Source of the DNA: Squalus acanthias
Lineage: Eukaryota
Direction: 5' to 3'
Length of the DNA stretch: 64,000 nt
Assembly: GCA_030390025.1 (NCBI GenBank)
Contig: JASTWF010000342.1
Location: forward strand, 186,001 to 250,000
Positions within the stretch are counted from its first letter, which is position 1. Every line of letters starts with the position of its first letter. A program made the translations under genes and the position numbers. Shown here one piece after another: positions 1-12,444 of this stretch. The notes under the pieces are model-generated. The model was given only the letters and a program-made list of their open reading frames with translations. It was not told the origin of the DNA and did not search any database.

Positions 1-1853
1 AACTGAGAGTTAAACTGTTAGCCTATATTTTTATTCCTGCTGACTATCTACGCTGCCAGAGGCTTTAATGTAATGTTTGTAAGTCATTCATTACAAAGTC
101 ACCAGTGCAAGAAAATATCAGGAGATAGCTAGACTCATATATTTGCACTTTATTCCACACACGCTTCTACTGATGGTGATTATAACTGTTAAATGGCTAG
201 TATTACATTGCTGGGCATTCCTGGTTAAGAAGCTATAGTCCGTTATTGAGTGTTCACAAGGTAAATGAATGATCAGTCATTACCAATCAGAAAATCCTTC
301 ATTCTTGAAAGCTCAGAAGCATTGCCAAGATGGAACACTTTACAGTTATCAGTTTTTTTGCATTCTATTGATCAGTCATTAAATAAAATAGTGATTGCTT
401 TATTTTGGGCATGATTTACTTACTTCTTAGTCTTTCTCACCTCAATATAGCTAAGGTTATCATTTCACAAGTGCATGTCATGATGTAAAACATAGAGAAT
501 CACTGGTATTATAATATAAAGAGAAACACTAAACGTTCTAAGACAAGCTCGATTTTTGATCCACTTTGAACTGGGTTAGAATTGTCAAACTATAAAAGAT
601 GTCAACAATGTATTATTTATTAACCATGATTTAAAACATTCTGACAAAGTACAGCATTTCATACAAAAACAAAGAAGATGGTAATATCATCAGACAGTTT
701 TTTATGAACCCACAGGGATGAAATAGGAAAAGGATTTGGACTTCTTCCAACAGAACTCTTCTAAGCTTCATCTGATTCAAATAATAACCTGAGCATGAGT
801 TCAACCATTCATTGCTGGCTTTCAGCCTGATTGGTGACCTTTCTGAGGATGTGTTTTGGGTTCTAGTCTTCCCCTATGAGTGCTCACAGGCAAATGGACT
901 GTCTGGCTCATTTCCAGACTGCTGCTTGTTTGATCTATGCCTTGTTGAGTTATCTGCACTGATGCTCTAGTAACCTTTTGTCTGGCACAATTGCTGTCTT
1001 CTCTCTGGCTGGGTTACGGCCTGACTCCTTGGTTCTCTGAATGCACATTTAGGTAGTGTCTATCCGTATAACTGCTCTACCGAGACGGGTCCGGTGCAGC
1101 CAGGGTTGGTGGTGGGGTGCGATCCCGCTGCTGGCTCCAGCCCACACTGCAAAATGAATTTTATGTTGCTTGTTAAGCCCGCCCAGTGCGTTTGCCGGCC
1201 AATTGAAGGAAGCGGGTCTGATGATGTCATTTGATGATGCGTCATCAGCCGGTTTCCTTAAAGGGACCACGGCCACATTGATTTTGACAGTTGGGCTGTC
1301 AGTGTTCTACAGCATTGAGGTGCTGCAAACACTGACAATCACTGCACAGAGGTGCACGGCTTCACCCAGGCTCTCCCAGGATTCCCTTCATATGTTTATG
1401 GAGGGAGTCACAGCAAGCAGGGAGGTTCTCTTCCCTTCCCATGGGTGGAAGAGACCTCCCTAGAAGATAAATGCAGCCTGGTTGTACATTGCACAGGAGG
1501 ACACAAGCAGGGATGTTGTTAGGAGGACCTGGCTGCAGTGGCACCAACATTTCAATGATCTCAGTAGATCATGAAAAATTGCTGCAAAGCCACATTGAAC
1601 CTCATCCTGCAGTGCCACTCATCACATCCCCATCACTCTGCCTTCCCTACCCTACTCCTGAATACCTTTACTCACACCAACTTACCTTGCACCTCCACCC
1701 ATCCCTCTCAATCTAAATTATCACTTCCCCAACGCCTAGCCATCCCTCACACTCATAGAAACACAGAAACATAGAAGATAGGAGCAGGAGTAGGCCATTC
1801 GGCCTGTCGAGCCTGCTCCGCCATTCAATGCGATCATGGCTGATCATCCAAAT

Positions 1854-4318
1854 TCAGTACCCTGACCCTGCTTTCTCCCCATATCCCTTGATCCCCTTAG
1901 CCTTAAGAAATATATCTAACTCGTTCTTGAATATATTTAATGAATTGGACTCAACTGTCTTCTGTGGTAGAGAATTCCACAGGTTCACCACTCTCTGGGT
2001 GAAGAAATTCCTCCTCATCTCAGTCCTAAATGGCTTACCCCTTATCCTTAGACTGTGACCCCTGGTTCTGGACTCCCCCGCCATCGGGAACATCCTTCCT
2101 GCATCTAGTCTGTCTAGTCCTGTTAGAATTTTATAAGTTTCAATGAGATCCCCTCTCATTCTTCTAAACTCTAGCGAATACAAGTCCAATCGACCCAATC
2201 TCTCTTCATACGTCATTCCTGCGATCCCAGGTGTCAGTCTGGTGAATCTTCGCTGCACTCCCTCCATGGCAAGAACATCCTTCCTCAGATAAGGCAACCA
2301 AAACTGCACACAATACTCAAGTTGTGGTCTCACCAAAGCTCTGTACAACTGCAGCAAGACATCCTTGCTCCTGTACTCGAATCATCTCGCTATGAAGGCC
2401 AACATACCATTTGCCTTCTTAACCGCCTGCTGCACCTGCATGCTTACCTTCAGCGACTGGTGCACAAGGACACCCAGGTCTCGTTGCACTTCCCCTTTTC
2501 CCAAACTATTGCCATTCAGATAATAATCTGCCTTTCTGTTTTTGCCACCAAAGTGGATAACCTCGCATTTAGCCACATTATACTGCATCTGCCATGCATC
2601 TGCCCAATCACCCAACCTGTCCAAATCATACTGGGGTTTCTCTGCATCCGCCTCACAGCACACACGCCCACCCAGCTTTGTGTCGTCTGAAAACTTGGAG
2701 ATATTACATCTAGTTCGCTCATCTAGATCATTAATATATATTGTGAATAACTGGAGTCCTAGCACCGATCCCTGCGGTACCCCACTAGTCACTGCCTGCC
2801 ACTCGGATAAAGACCCGTTTATTCCAACTCTTTGCTTCCTGTCTGCCAACCAGTTCTCTATCCAAATCAGTACCCTACCTCCAATCCCATGGGCTTTAAC
2901 TTTGCACGCTAATCTCTTATGCGGGACCTTATCGAAAGCCTTCTGAAAGTCCAAATACACCACATCCACTGGTTCTCCCTTATCTATTCTAACAGTTACA
3001 TCCTCAAAATATTCCAGTAGATTAGTCAAGCATGATTTACCTTTTGTAAATCCATGTTGAATTTGTCCGATCCTGTCACTGTTTTCCAAGTGCTCTGCTA
3101 TTACATCTTTTATAATGGACTCTAGCATTTTCCCCACTACCGATGTCAGGCTTACTGGTCTACAATTCCCCGTTTTCTCTCTACCACCTTTTTTAAATAG
3201 TGAAGTTACATTAGCTACCCTCCAATCCATGGGAACTGTGCCAGAGTCTATAGAATTTTGGAAGATGACCAGCAATGCATCTAGTATTTCTCGGGCCACT
3301 TCCTTAAGTACCCTAGGATGTAGATTATCAGGCCCTGGGGATTTATCGGCCTTCAATCCCATCAATTTCCCTAACACCATTTCCCTGCAAATACTGATTT
3401 CATTCAGTTCCTCCCTCTCATTAGACCGTATGTTCCCCGACATGTCTGGGAGGTTATTTGTGTCCTCCTTTGTGAAGACAGAACCAAATTATTTATTTAA
3501 TTGGTCTACCCTTTAAGTAATGTTCCCAAATCCATCCTAGCCAACTCGCGCCTCATACCATCGTAGTTTCCTTTATTTAATTTCAGGACCCTAGTTTCTG
3601 AGTCAACTACTTTACTCTCCATCTTAATGAAGAATTCTATCATATTATGATTGCTCCTCCCCAAGGGGCCTCGCACAACAAGATTGCTAATGAATCCTTT
3701 CTCATTACATAATACTCAGTCTAAGAGAGCCTGATCGCTAGTTGGTTCCTCGACATATTGGTCCAGGAAACCATCCCATATACACTCTAGGAATTCCTCC
3801 TCCACAGTATTGTTACTAATTTGGTTAGCCCAATCTATATATAGATTAAAGTCACCCATGATAACTGCTGTGCCCTTATTGCACGCATCTCTAATTTCCC
3901 ATTTAATGCCATCCCCAACCTCAGCATTATTGTTTGGGGGTCTGTATACAACTCCCACTAACGTTTTCTGCCCTTTGGTATTTCTCAGCTCTACCCATAC
4001 AGATTCCACATCATCAGAGCTAATATCCTTCCTTACTATTGTGTTAATCTCCTCTTTAACCAGCAATGCTACCCCAGCTCCTTTTCCTTTTTGCCTGTCC
4101 TTCCTGAATATTGAATACCCCTGGATGTTGAATTCCCAGCCTTGTTCACCCTGGAGCCATGTCTCTGTAATCCCAATTATATCATATCCGTTTACATCTA
4201 TTTGCGCAGCTAATTCATCCACCTTATTATCAATTCTCCTCGCATTAAGACACAAAGCCTTCAGGCTTGTTTTTTTAACACTCTTAGACCATTTAGAATT
4301 ATTGTTTACTGTGGCCAT
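1854..4318 (-). pseudogene. CR1 ORF2 (APE endonuclease + reverse transcriptase), disrupted
   Basis: Motifs LCLNAR, GITETW, VYRPP, MGDFN; KSPGPD, YLDFQKAFDKVPH, SGVPQGSVLG, FSDDTK. It contains stops and an internal deletion at about 3506. Confidence 0.95.
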
Positions 4319-4440
4319 GTTTGATTTACACCCTTGAATTCTCTGACTTCCACTTTTGCTTTTCTCCTTCCTGTCTTTTTCTTCTATCCTTGCTTCCCTT
4401 TCCTCTGTCTCCGTGCACAGGTTCCCAACCCCCTACCATT

Positions 4441-5390
4441 TTAGCTTAAAACCTCCCCAACGGCACTAGCAAACACTCCCCCTAGGACATCAGTCCCGGC
4501 CCTGCCCAGGTGCAAACCGTCCAGTTTGTACTGGTCCCACCTCCCCCAGAAACGGTTCCAATGTCCCAGGAATTTGAATCCCTCCCCCTTGCACCATTCT
4601 TCTAGTCACGTATTCATCTGAATTATCCTTCTATTTCTACTCTGACTAGTACATGGCACTGGTAGCAGTCCTGAGATTACTACCTTTGAGTCCTATTTTT
4701 TAATTTACCTCCTAACTCCCTATATTCAGCTTTTATGACCTCATCCCATTTTTTACATATATCGTTGGTACCTATATGCACCACAACAATTGGCTGTTCA
4801 CCCTCCCCCTCCAGAATGCCCTGCAGCCGCTCCGAGACATCCTTGACCCTTGCATCAGGGAGGCAACCTACCATCCTGGAGTCTCGTTTGCGGCCGCAGA
4901 AACGCCTATCTGTTCCCCTTACAATAGAATCCCCTATCACTATAGCTCTCCTGCTCTTTTTCCTCCCGTCCTGTGCAGCAGAACCTCCCATGGTGCCAGG
5001 AAGTTGGTTGCTGCTGCCTTCCCCCGATAAGCCATCCCCCTCAACAATATCCAAAGCGGTATATCTGTTTGAGAGGGAGATGTCCACAGGGGACCCCTGC
5101 ACTACCTGCCTGTGCCTACTATGCTGCCTGGCAGTCACCTATTCCCTTCCTGCCTTTGCAACCTTTACCTGTGGTTTGACTAACTCATTAAACGTGATAT
5201 CCACGATGTCCTCAGCATCGCGAATGCTCCAGTATGCATCCATTCACAGCTCCAGCGCCACAATGCGGTCTGCCAGTAGCTGCAGCTGGATACACTTCCT
5301 GCACACATGGTCGTCAGGGACACAGAAAGTGTCCCTGATTTCCCACATAGTGCAGGAGGAGCATGCCACGGGGCCGAGCTGTGCTGCCAT
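4441..5390 (-). pseudogene. CR1 ORF1 (zinc finger/leucine zipper + SGNH esterase), disrupted
   Basis: ATG at 5390 (MAAQLGPVACSSC..CRKC). SGNH blocks IGDSIVRG, VHIGTND and DGLH are present, with in-frame stops. Confidence 0.9.
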
Positions 5391-5706
5391 GACTTACCCT
5401 TTAATTAATTTAAATTAAATTAAATCAAATCAATACCACCAATTACACTACAATTAAATGTTATACTCAAGGGCCCTTGTTTACTAGCACTCCCCGCTAC
5501 ACAGCAGAGACCTTAGAAACTATAACCACAAAAATTAAGACCTTCTAAACTTTATAAACTATTAACCTTAACTGTCAAACTATAGAGTAGTATAAATACT
5601 CACCTGGCCCTACTCACCCAATCAGCTGCTTCCTCTTGCCCGCGTCACTTTTTGAATCATGACGTGGCTCTGGAACGCCGCCGCCGGTCTGCGAGATTGT
5701 TAAGCC

Positions 5707-5854
5707 TCTGAAAAAAAGCCTGCGAAAGTGAGTTTAAATACTCACTGAACTGCCACTCTCTGCTCCTCCCGACTCCGGCCTCTGAAAAAAAGCCTGCGAA
5801 AGTGAGTTTAAGTACTCACTGAACCGTCGCTCTCTGCTCCTCCCGACTCCGGCC
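5707..5854. repeat. 74-bp tandem duplication at the CR1 5' end
   Basis: TCTGAAAAAAAGCCTGCGAAAGTGAGTTTAA.TACTCACTGAAC..CTCCGGCC starts at both 5707 and 5781. Confidence 0.9.
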
Positions 5855-6526
5855 TCACCCTCATTCTTGTCCAACCATAACAATTAACAACACACAAGGG
5901 TAGGCACTCAGGTGTTTTAGCCAATGTTCATGTGAAGTTTCTGTTAATGTGCTGTCAAACATTGAAATCTTTATTTTCAACACTTTGCATTCTTGGACAG
6001 ATTAGTGTGAACCTTTGGAAGTGGCTTAGTGAGTTGCAGTGAATAGTGAGACGTAATGGTGCCCTCCGCAATAGCAATGAGTGTGAAAGAAATGGCTTGG
6101 ACATTGTAGGGATGCTTTATGGTGTTGGTGTGGGGTGGTGCCAACCTGGCACATCATGCGGCAGCCAGGGTTTACAGCATCAAGTGAAGTAAATCTGGCC
6201 AGGGTGAGGCCATCCTTGGCGTCCCGAGCAACAATGTAGTCGAGTGCTGATGCCCTGTGTCCTGGACAGCACCAGCTGATTGCGGAGAAGGTTGGTGTTG
6301 ATGTTGGTGCTGCTGGTGTGCCTGGTGCTGCTGGTGTTGGGGCTGATCGTGGTGGGATTCTGAGGACCAAGGTGAGATATTTTCAAGGGCAACGATGCTG
6401 TTGAGATAACAGACGCGATCTGTCAATGGTGAGAGAGGTTGCTCCAATGAGGTGACACTGGATAGAGAGTTAGCTTCAAACACTTACAAGCTGCATAAAC
6501 TTCCTATTTCATTTCCTGCTTTTTTC

Positions 6527-6567
6527 CAGTTCTGACGAAAGGTCATCGACCTGAAACGTTAACTCTG
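6527..6567 (+). ncRNA. Minimal hammerhead ribozyme motif in a short PLE-related repeat (about 6520-6630)
   Basis: AGTT-CTGACGA-A-AGGTC(ATC)GACCT-GAAA-CGTT-AACT: core boxes, 5-bp stem II, palindromic stem III (ACGT) and 4-bp stem I. Confidence 0.7.
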
Positions 6568-7071
6568 TTTCTCTCTCCATGGATGCTGCCTGGCCTGCTG
6601 AGTTTTTCCAGCGTTATCTGTTGTTATTTTGCATAAAGCTCAATCTGTCTTCCAAATGCAGTAAGTAACAGCTTCTAACCTTGGAAAGTGGACACCTATG
6701 AAATGGGAGCTTTTATAGACCATTTGCAGCTGTCAAGTAAAGAAATCATCCCACGCTGACACAACTCCCGACTTCCTTACCTGACGTGATCCCCGAGCAG
6801 CGGGGAAGCTGTTGGCGAACTCTAAAAATCTAAAGGTAAGCTTATAATACTATTTAATTGCCTCTTAACCATCTCTCTAATGATCTAAATTGCCTCCCCC
6901 CCAGCGATGACAGACCCGACATCTGGAAGACTGGTGTGGAGGCAGCTTGACATCAGGTTCCCTACCCGCTGTCAAAAAAATTATTTTCCAGCCGACCCAC
7001 CACCAAACGCGCCCGCTGATCCCCCTGAAAAATTCTCCCTGTTAACTCTGTTTCTCTCGCCACAGATAAAA

Positions 7072-7296
7072 GGAAGAAAGAAAGACTTGCATTTCTATAG
7101 CACCTTTCACGACCACCGGACGTCTCAAAGCGCTGTACAGCCAATGAAGTACGTTTGGAGTGTAGTCACTGTTGTAATGTGGGAAACGCGGCAGCCAATT
7201 TGCGCACAGCAAGCTCCCACAAACAGCAATGTGATAATGACCAGATAATCTGTTTTTGTTATGTTGGTTGAGGGATAAATATTGGCCAGGACACCA
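7072..7296 (-). mobile_element. Deu-type (SacSINE1-like) SINE 3' part with L2-like tail, inserted in a relic of the HHR mini-repeat (7041-7380)
   Basis: Minus strand ends ..GTGAAAGGTGCTATAGAAATGCAAGTCTTTCTTTC. The flanks GTTAACTCTGTTTCTCTC..ACAGAT and GATGCTGCCTGACCTGCTGAG match 6558-6602. Confidence 0.7.
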
Positions 7297-7603
7297 AAAG
7301 ATGCTGCCTGACCTGCTGAGTATTTCTAGCATTTTGTGTTTTTACTTCAGATATCCAGCGTTTGCAGTATTTTGCTTTTGTAAGGAAATAAGGGCTTTCT
7401 ATTAACATCCTCCAATTCACCAATGCCAACAATCACAACTTTTGAGAGAACATAGTACCAATAGCCCAGGATAATTTTACCCGAGAACAAATCTTGACTA
7501 TTGACAATGCAAAGACAGGGATCATAAAAACAATTGCCTCATTTCAAACATTGATTTGCTTTTATTATGTATTATTATTATGCTACTTTGCTCAACCAGT
7601 TAT

Positions 7604-9428
7604 GTGGAAAAAATTCGAGTTTGCCAGCAAAGTTGCAGTTAACGGCCGCTGGAAATGGCCGCAATGCTAGCCGAGTGAAATTGGTCTGGAGGGCATGGAG
7701 ATAGGTGGAGCAGCGCTCACCTTCTGTGCAACGGCGTCCTGGTGGCATTGCTGGAGGGATCCGGGATGAAGTTCCTGTCCAGATCCGGCATTGCAGCTTC
7801 TCACAGCCTCTGGGAGCGAAGCTGTGGCGCTCGCAGGGAATTGGGGGCAATGAAGATATCTGAGAATTAAAAGGGCCATGCACACTGAAGCAATACAAAA
7901 TAAAATGCAGTGAATCAATACATTTTCAGCCCTTTCTGCCTTTTAAGAAATATTCAATATTTAAAAGACGTTCCAAATGTGAATATTCAGCTGTTAAAGC
8001 TGAATTACCTTCCTAACCTTCATAAATGGGAAAACTGCCTCAGCACTAACACAAATGGCTCAGCAAGCCACTGAAGGGGAACCCAGGGTCTCACATGCAG
8101 CACTCCAGCTTTGAGCAGGGGGTCAACACTGCAAGAGCGGCCCTCTACCCACAGGGGCCAGGAGGCCCTCCAGAAAGAACGATGTGGGAGGACATCACTA
8201 AGGCTGTCACTGCCAGCAGTGTCGCCTCCACCACTTGGCTCCAGTGCCCAAAGAAGCTTCATGACCTCAGACCACTGGTCATGGTCAGTGAATGCATCTT
8301 CAAAAGCCGTCTCCTACCAACTGCACCACTAGTCACACACTGCTCAATGCACAACCCCCCAATCACTCACCTACCAACAATCTGCACCAATGATGAGGCA
8401 CATCTCCCATTCCTAGCATCACCTCACTCCCATGGAGGAGACGGTGCTGGCCATTCTTGGCAGGGGCATGGTTGAGCCCTTGGCCAGCGGCGGGGCTGAA
8501 AGGATACAACATGCGGGTATCTTCATATGTTATTCTCATTCTGGCATGCACCTCTTGCATTCCCGCCCTCCCATCAGCACAACTCCACCCTTGTGCCTTC
8601 CTCATTTCACACACTCAAGAAATGCAGCATGCCCAGCCAGTGGGCCAACAAGAAGAGATAGCCTGCCCAGCCAGTGGGACCGCAGGTCGATGATGCCATC
8701 AAAACTATCCCGGCCACAAAGGGGTTGTCTGGGATGCATCCTTCCATCTGATTCCTCCTCTTCTGCTTCCTCCTCTTCTATGTCTTTCACTTCTGCGTCT
8801 TCCTCTTCCCTCTGAAAGTGGATGCTGTAAATGTGAAATGACAACATAAAATACTGGAAATACTCAGTTGGTCAGGCAACATATCAACCTGAGACGTGAA
8901 CTCTGTTTTTCTCTCTACAGATGTTACGTGACCTGCTGAGTATTCGCAGCATGATCTGTCTTCTCATAAGCCTTAATTTACCATCTGAGCCCTTGCAAGC
9001 ATCCAGCACCTCTCCGTACACACTTAAAAAAAAATCACTTCTATTGCAGCAAACCATCATTTCAATAAAATCAGAAAAAAACAGTCAAAACCCTTAAATT
9101 CAAACTTACCTGAATGATGTGTGTGTCCCTTTAAGAGTTGGAGACATTGCCATTGTTAGCCTGTTTGCACACCAGGTTTACCTGGCGTGCTTAGGACCCA
9201 ATGGGTCGAAGTTCGCATTGGTGACGTAAAGTCGGTGTTGCACACTGATTGACGTCACCACGCCGCCATTTTATTTTTGCAGGGCGCTGCCAGTTACCGG
9301 CAGCAAAGGGAAGAGGAATATGGCAGCTGCCGCGGGAACCATCACCAACTGATGAAAGAGCGGCCGCCGCCATTTCATCACCATTTCATGGTGCTACGGA
9401 ATGGTGCTGAGTTCATGAATTTCTGGCC
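7604..9428 (+). mobile_element. Harbinger-derived non-autonomous element
   Basis: 8030-8520 is homologous to 32350-32910 (Myb-like relic ..WLQCPKKLHDL). It has imperfect TIR-like ends GGAAAAAATTC and GAATTTCTGGCC. Confidence 0.6.
8845..8962. repeat. Palindromic relic of the HHR mini-repeat family
   Basis: Left arm CTGGAAATACTCAGTTGGTCAGGCAACAT is roughly complementary to right arm ATGTTACGTGACCTGCTGAGTATTCGCAG. The centre ACCTGAGACGTGAACTCTG resembles 6549-6567. Confidence 0.55.
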
Positions 9429-9545
9429 ATAATGTTAGGTTAGATTAGAGACTGAAAATCACTTTTCTTTACTTAAGAACCAGGAATCAAGTTTACAGTA
9501 GGAACTGGTAATGAAAGTTATTTCTTGCTTACATTTGGCTGTCAT

Positions 9546-12444
9546 AAGCCCTGATTTTAACTCAGGTGCATTTGAAGCAGAGAAGGACACCCTGGTGATC
9601 AGTGGCCCAAGTAGAGCCAGCACCCAGATAACGGGTTCACTCAAACCCTTCTGCAACTGTTGGCATACCAGAGCAAGGTGTCTGTATATTACTGACAACT
9701 CTTCCTTCACCTCAGCCACCATGCAGCCAGCTGCACAACTTCAACTGCATTCTCAAGATTGTTACCTACAAATGTCCAGCTTTCATCTCCCATCCTAACT
9801 CTTGTCCCTTTTCTCTTTCCTCTCGGTCCTTCTAAGCAGCAAGAAAGCACCTCTATGGAGGAAAAACCTCCCGAGGATGCAACATCAAGCACTCTGTTCC
9901 TCCCAGGCACCAGTTCAGACATTGGCACTACTATGGCTGACAGTATGGAAGAGTCCACTTGCAGCCTCTGTGGTGTTATCTTACGTGGCATCAACACTCT
10001 GCAGTCTACCCTGAAGAGTGTGGTAACCTCCATGGGCACTGTAACTGGGCCCTCACAACAGGAGTCCACGTACATATGCTTTGCAGATTTGGTGAAAGCT
10101 CAAATGGGTGCCATGCAGAGTCTAGGCTTCAGCATCGAGAGACAGTTGCTCATCCTGGATAGATTGGTGGACCGAATAGGCAGGGCGTTGAAGGAATCGC
10201 TTATCTTCTGTAGTCTGCTCTCCCGTAGATCAGTGGACGTGATGAGTTCCTGCCCCATGGGAGTGGCAGTGGCGCGATGGGATCAGTATGTATCGCCCTC
10301 TCCCAGGATGTCAGCATGTCAGCTCCTTCACCACACTGCTCCAACCAATGGTGCCAGCAACTCATCTGGATGAGACCGCCCCGGTAGCAGCCAAAGAGCA
10401 GCAGTCTGTGGCCGGGCCCGCACAGACCCGAGCACCCTGAAGACATTGGTCACAAGGATCTGAAGGGTCCGAACGTGATGAACTGGAGCTTTCCACCAGC
10501 TCTGCTGAGGCCACTAGGGGAGCTCCTCATAGGGATAGTAGACTTAGGAAACCTTCTTTTAAGAAAAGCACTATGGGTTGCGCACTTCAAGGCAATTGCT
10601 ATGTTTGTTGCTAAGTTTATTGCCTTTATTACATTTCGCACATTTGTCTGCAGAGTGATTTAATAGCAGCTTCTGAGTCTGTATTGTCAGAATGATATTG
10701 ATATTGAAGTTATCTGAATGGTTTAGGTGTTCTTCAATGTAGGATGAAGGGAGTGATAAAGAATGTGACAAGGACTGTTTTGCCGATGGACTCTGTCTGG
10801 GTTCTCAGGGCAGGGGTGTGAGAAGCTCAGCGGAATCGTTGAGTGATAAGCTGATCCTTGACATCTCTGGCTGCAAGGCAGTGATGTGGCTCTCCTTCCT
10901 CTGCTGCTGCCTCTCCTTCCCCCAGGTTTTCCTCACGCTGCCCTGCCTCCTCCAAGTGCAGCCTTTCTGTAATGTAATGTTGTGCAATGTGCAGCAGATC
11001 ATGACGATGCGGGATGCTCTATCTGGGGCATATTGCACGGAGCCCCCCTTCCCCACCGAGCGGTCCAGGCGCCTGAACCACTGCTTGAGCAGTCCTATCA
11101 TGTACGCTATAAGGTTTCTGTTTGTGTCCTGGCTTCGATTGTATCTGTGCTGCTTTGGTAGGGTTGCACAGCGGTGTCATCAGCCAGGTTTACAGGGGGT
11201 ATCCCTTGTCATCCAGCAGCCATCATGTCACGTTCCTCCCAGGGTCAAACAGCAGGGGGATGGTAGAGTGAATATAAAAGCATTATGGCAGATCTCTGGG
11301 TACCTTGCACAGACCTGCAAGATGTTATTCTTTAATCGGCTACTAGCTGTACATTGATAGACTTTTCTGTTGATGAATGTTGCTGGCTCATGTTCCGATG
11401 CCCTAATAGCTACACCAATCACATCCTGCATGTGAGGGAAGCCCACCACTGCTGCAAAGCCATGAGCTCTCTCCTGTTGACTGCTGAGGTCAGTGAGGAA
11501 GGTGATGTGCAGCTCGACCCTGAAAAAGAGGGCGCCGGTCACCTGCTTTATAAAGCTGTGAACTGCGACCTGAGAGATGCAGCTGTTGAACATTGAGGTC
11601 AGTGGGGAAGGTGCACTCCTCGGTCCTGGCAAAGGTCACTTGCTTAATGTAGCTGTGACCTGCGGCCTGGGAGATGGGGCTGATGTCCCCTGAACCACAC
11701 TGAAATGAGCCAGTGGTTTACAAATTCAGGGCCGTGGTGACTCTGAGGGCCACTGGCATGGTCTGGCCACTGGTCCGTCAGACAGCAGGTCCTGTTGCAG
11801 GAGGCAGCAGAAGTCTGCTACCTCACCCTGCACTGCTCCTCAGTTAGGTTAAAGAAGGTGAGTCTTGGCCTGTAGCACCTCTGTGCTGAGTGTGGCCTCC
11901 TCACCTGCTGTATTCGGAGAGGCCCAGGTACTGGTGGTGGCAGTTGCTGAGGCTCCTGATGCTGTTCCTCCTCCTAGTCTTGCTCCATCCAGAAGAAAGA
12001 AGCAAGAGTGGCTTCCATAATAAGCAGAGAAAGTAGAGAAAGCTGACTAAAGGGTTGTAAGGCAAAAAAAGTCATGAGCTGGAAGCTGAAAACTCTCCTG
12101 GAAAACCAGACAGTAAAAGATCCTGTGGTCCAGTGAGCTACAGCTGAGAGTCCCCTTTTATATTGTTTCACTGGCTCTCAAACATCAACCCCACTAGGTT
12201 TTGCTGACAGGTCTGAGAATGAGAAGAGCATCCGTGATTTTGGGTTAACATGTAGCTGGTATGATGTCATTGGAGCTTTGACCTTTTAATTGGGATCCCG
12301 CTTGCCTGGGACAGGAACCTGACACACAACCAAAACTGCTGGGCAGCAGGAATGGTGTGGGAAGTGTGCAGGAAACCCCCAGATATGATTTTAACCCCTT
12401 CGCCCGCTCCTTTCCCGCCAGGCGGGCTGGGTTAAAATTGGCCC
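9546..12444. mobile_element. Decayed PIF/Harbinger transposon
   Basis: TIR-like GCCCTGATTTTAAC and GTTAAAATTGGCCC. Convergent relics of the Myb-gene last exon (+, about 9835-10560) and the transposase (-). Confidence 0.75.
10805..12020 (-). pseudogene. Harbinger DDE transposase relic (HARBI1/DDE_Tnp_4-like)
   Basis: ISQVAVHSFIKQVTGALF, GFAAVVGFPHMQDVI, FINRK, WLLDDKGYP, IGLLKQWFRRLDRS and CCTLHN are spread over several frames. Confidence 0.85.

Larger units (their letters stand above)
1754..5853 (-). mobile_element. Near full-length CR1 (HER1-like) LINE, copy 1
   Basis: 3' tail reads (CATAGAAA)n on + at 1754-1777. APE, RT and esterase ORF1 remnants are present, and the 5' UTR matches copy 2 at 40820-41218. 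Host sequence CACACT|CACCCTCAT is rejoined on removal. Confidence 0.95.
1080..7040 (+). mobile_element. Non-autonomous PIF/Harbinger-derived element with decayed Myb/SANT-like segment, split by a CR1 insertion
   Basis: 1140-1753 and 5854-7040 are collinear with the reverse complement of 17096-24649. Relic peptide ..SLHMFMEGVTASREVLFPSHGWKRPP matches the Myb-like exon seen at 51887. Right end is GAAAAATTCTCCC; the left end is not clearly located. Confidence 0.65.
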
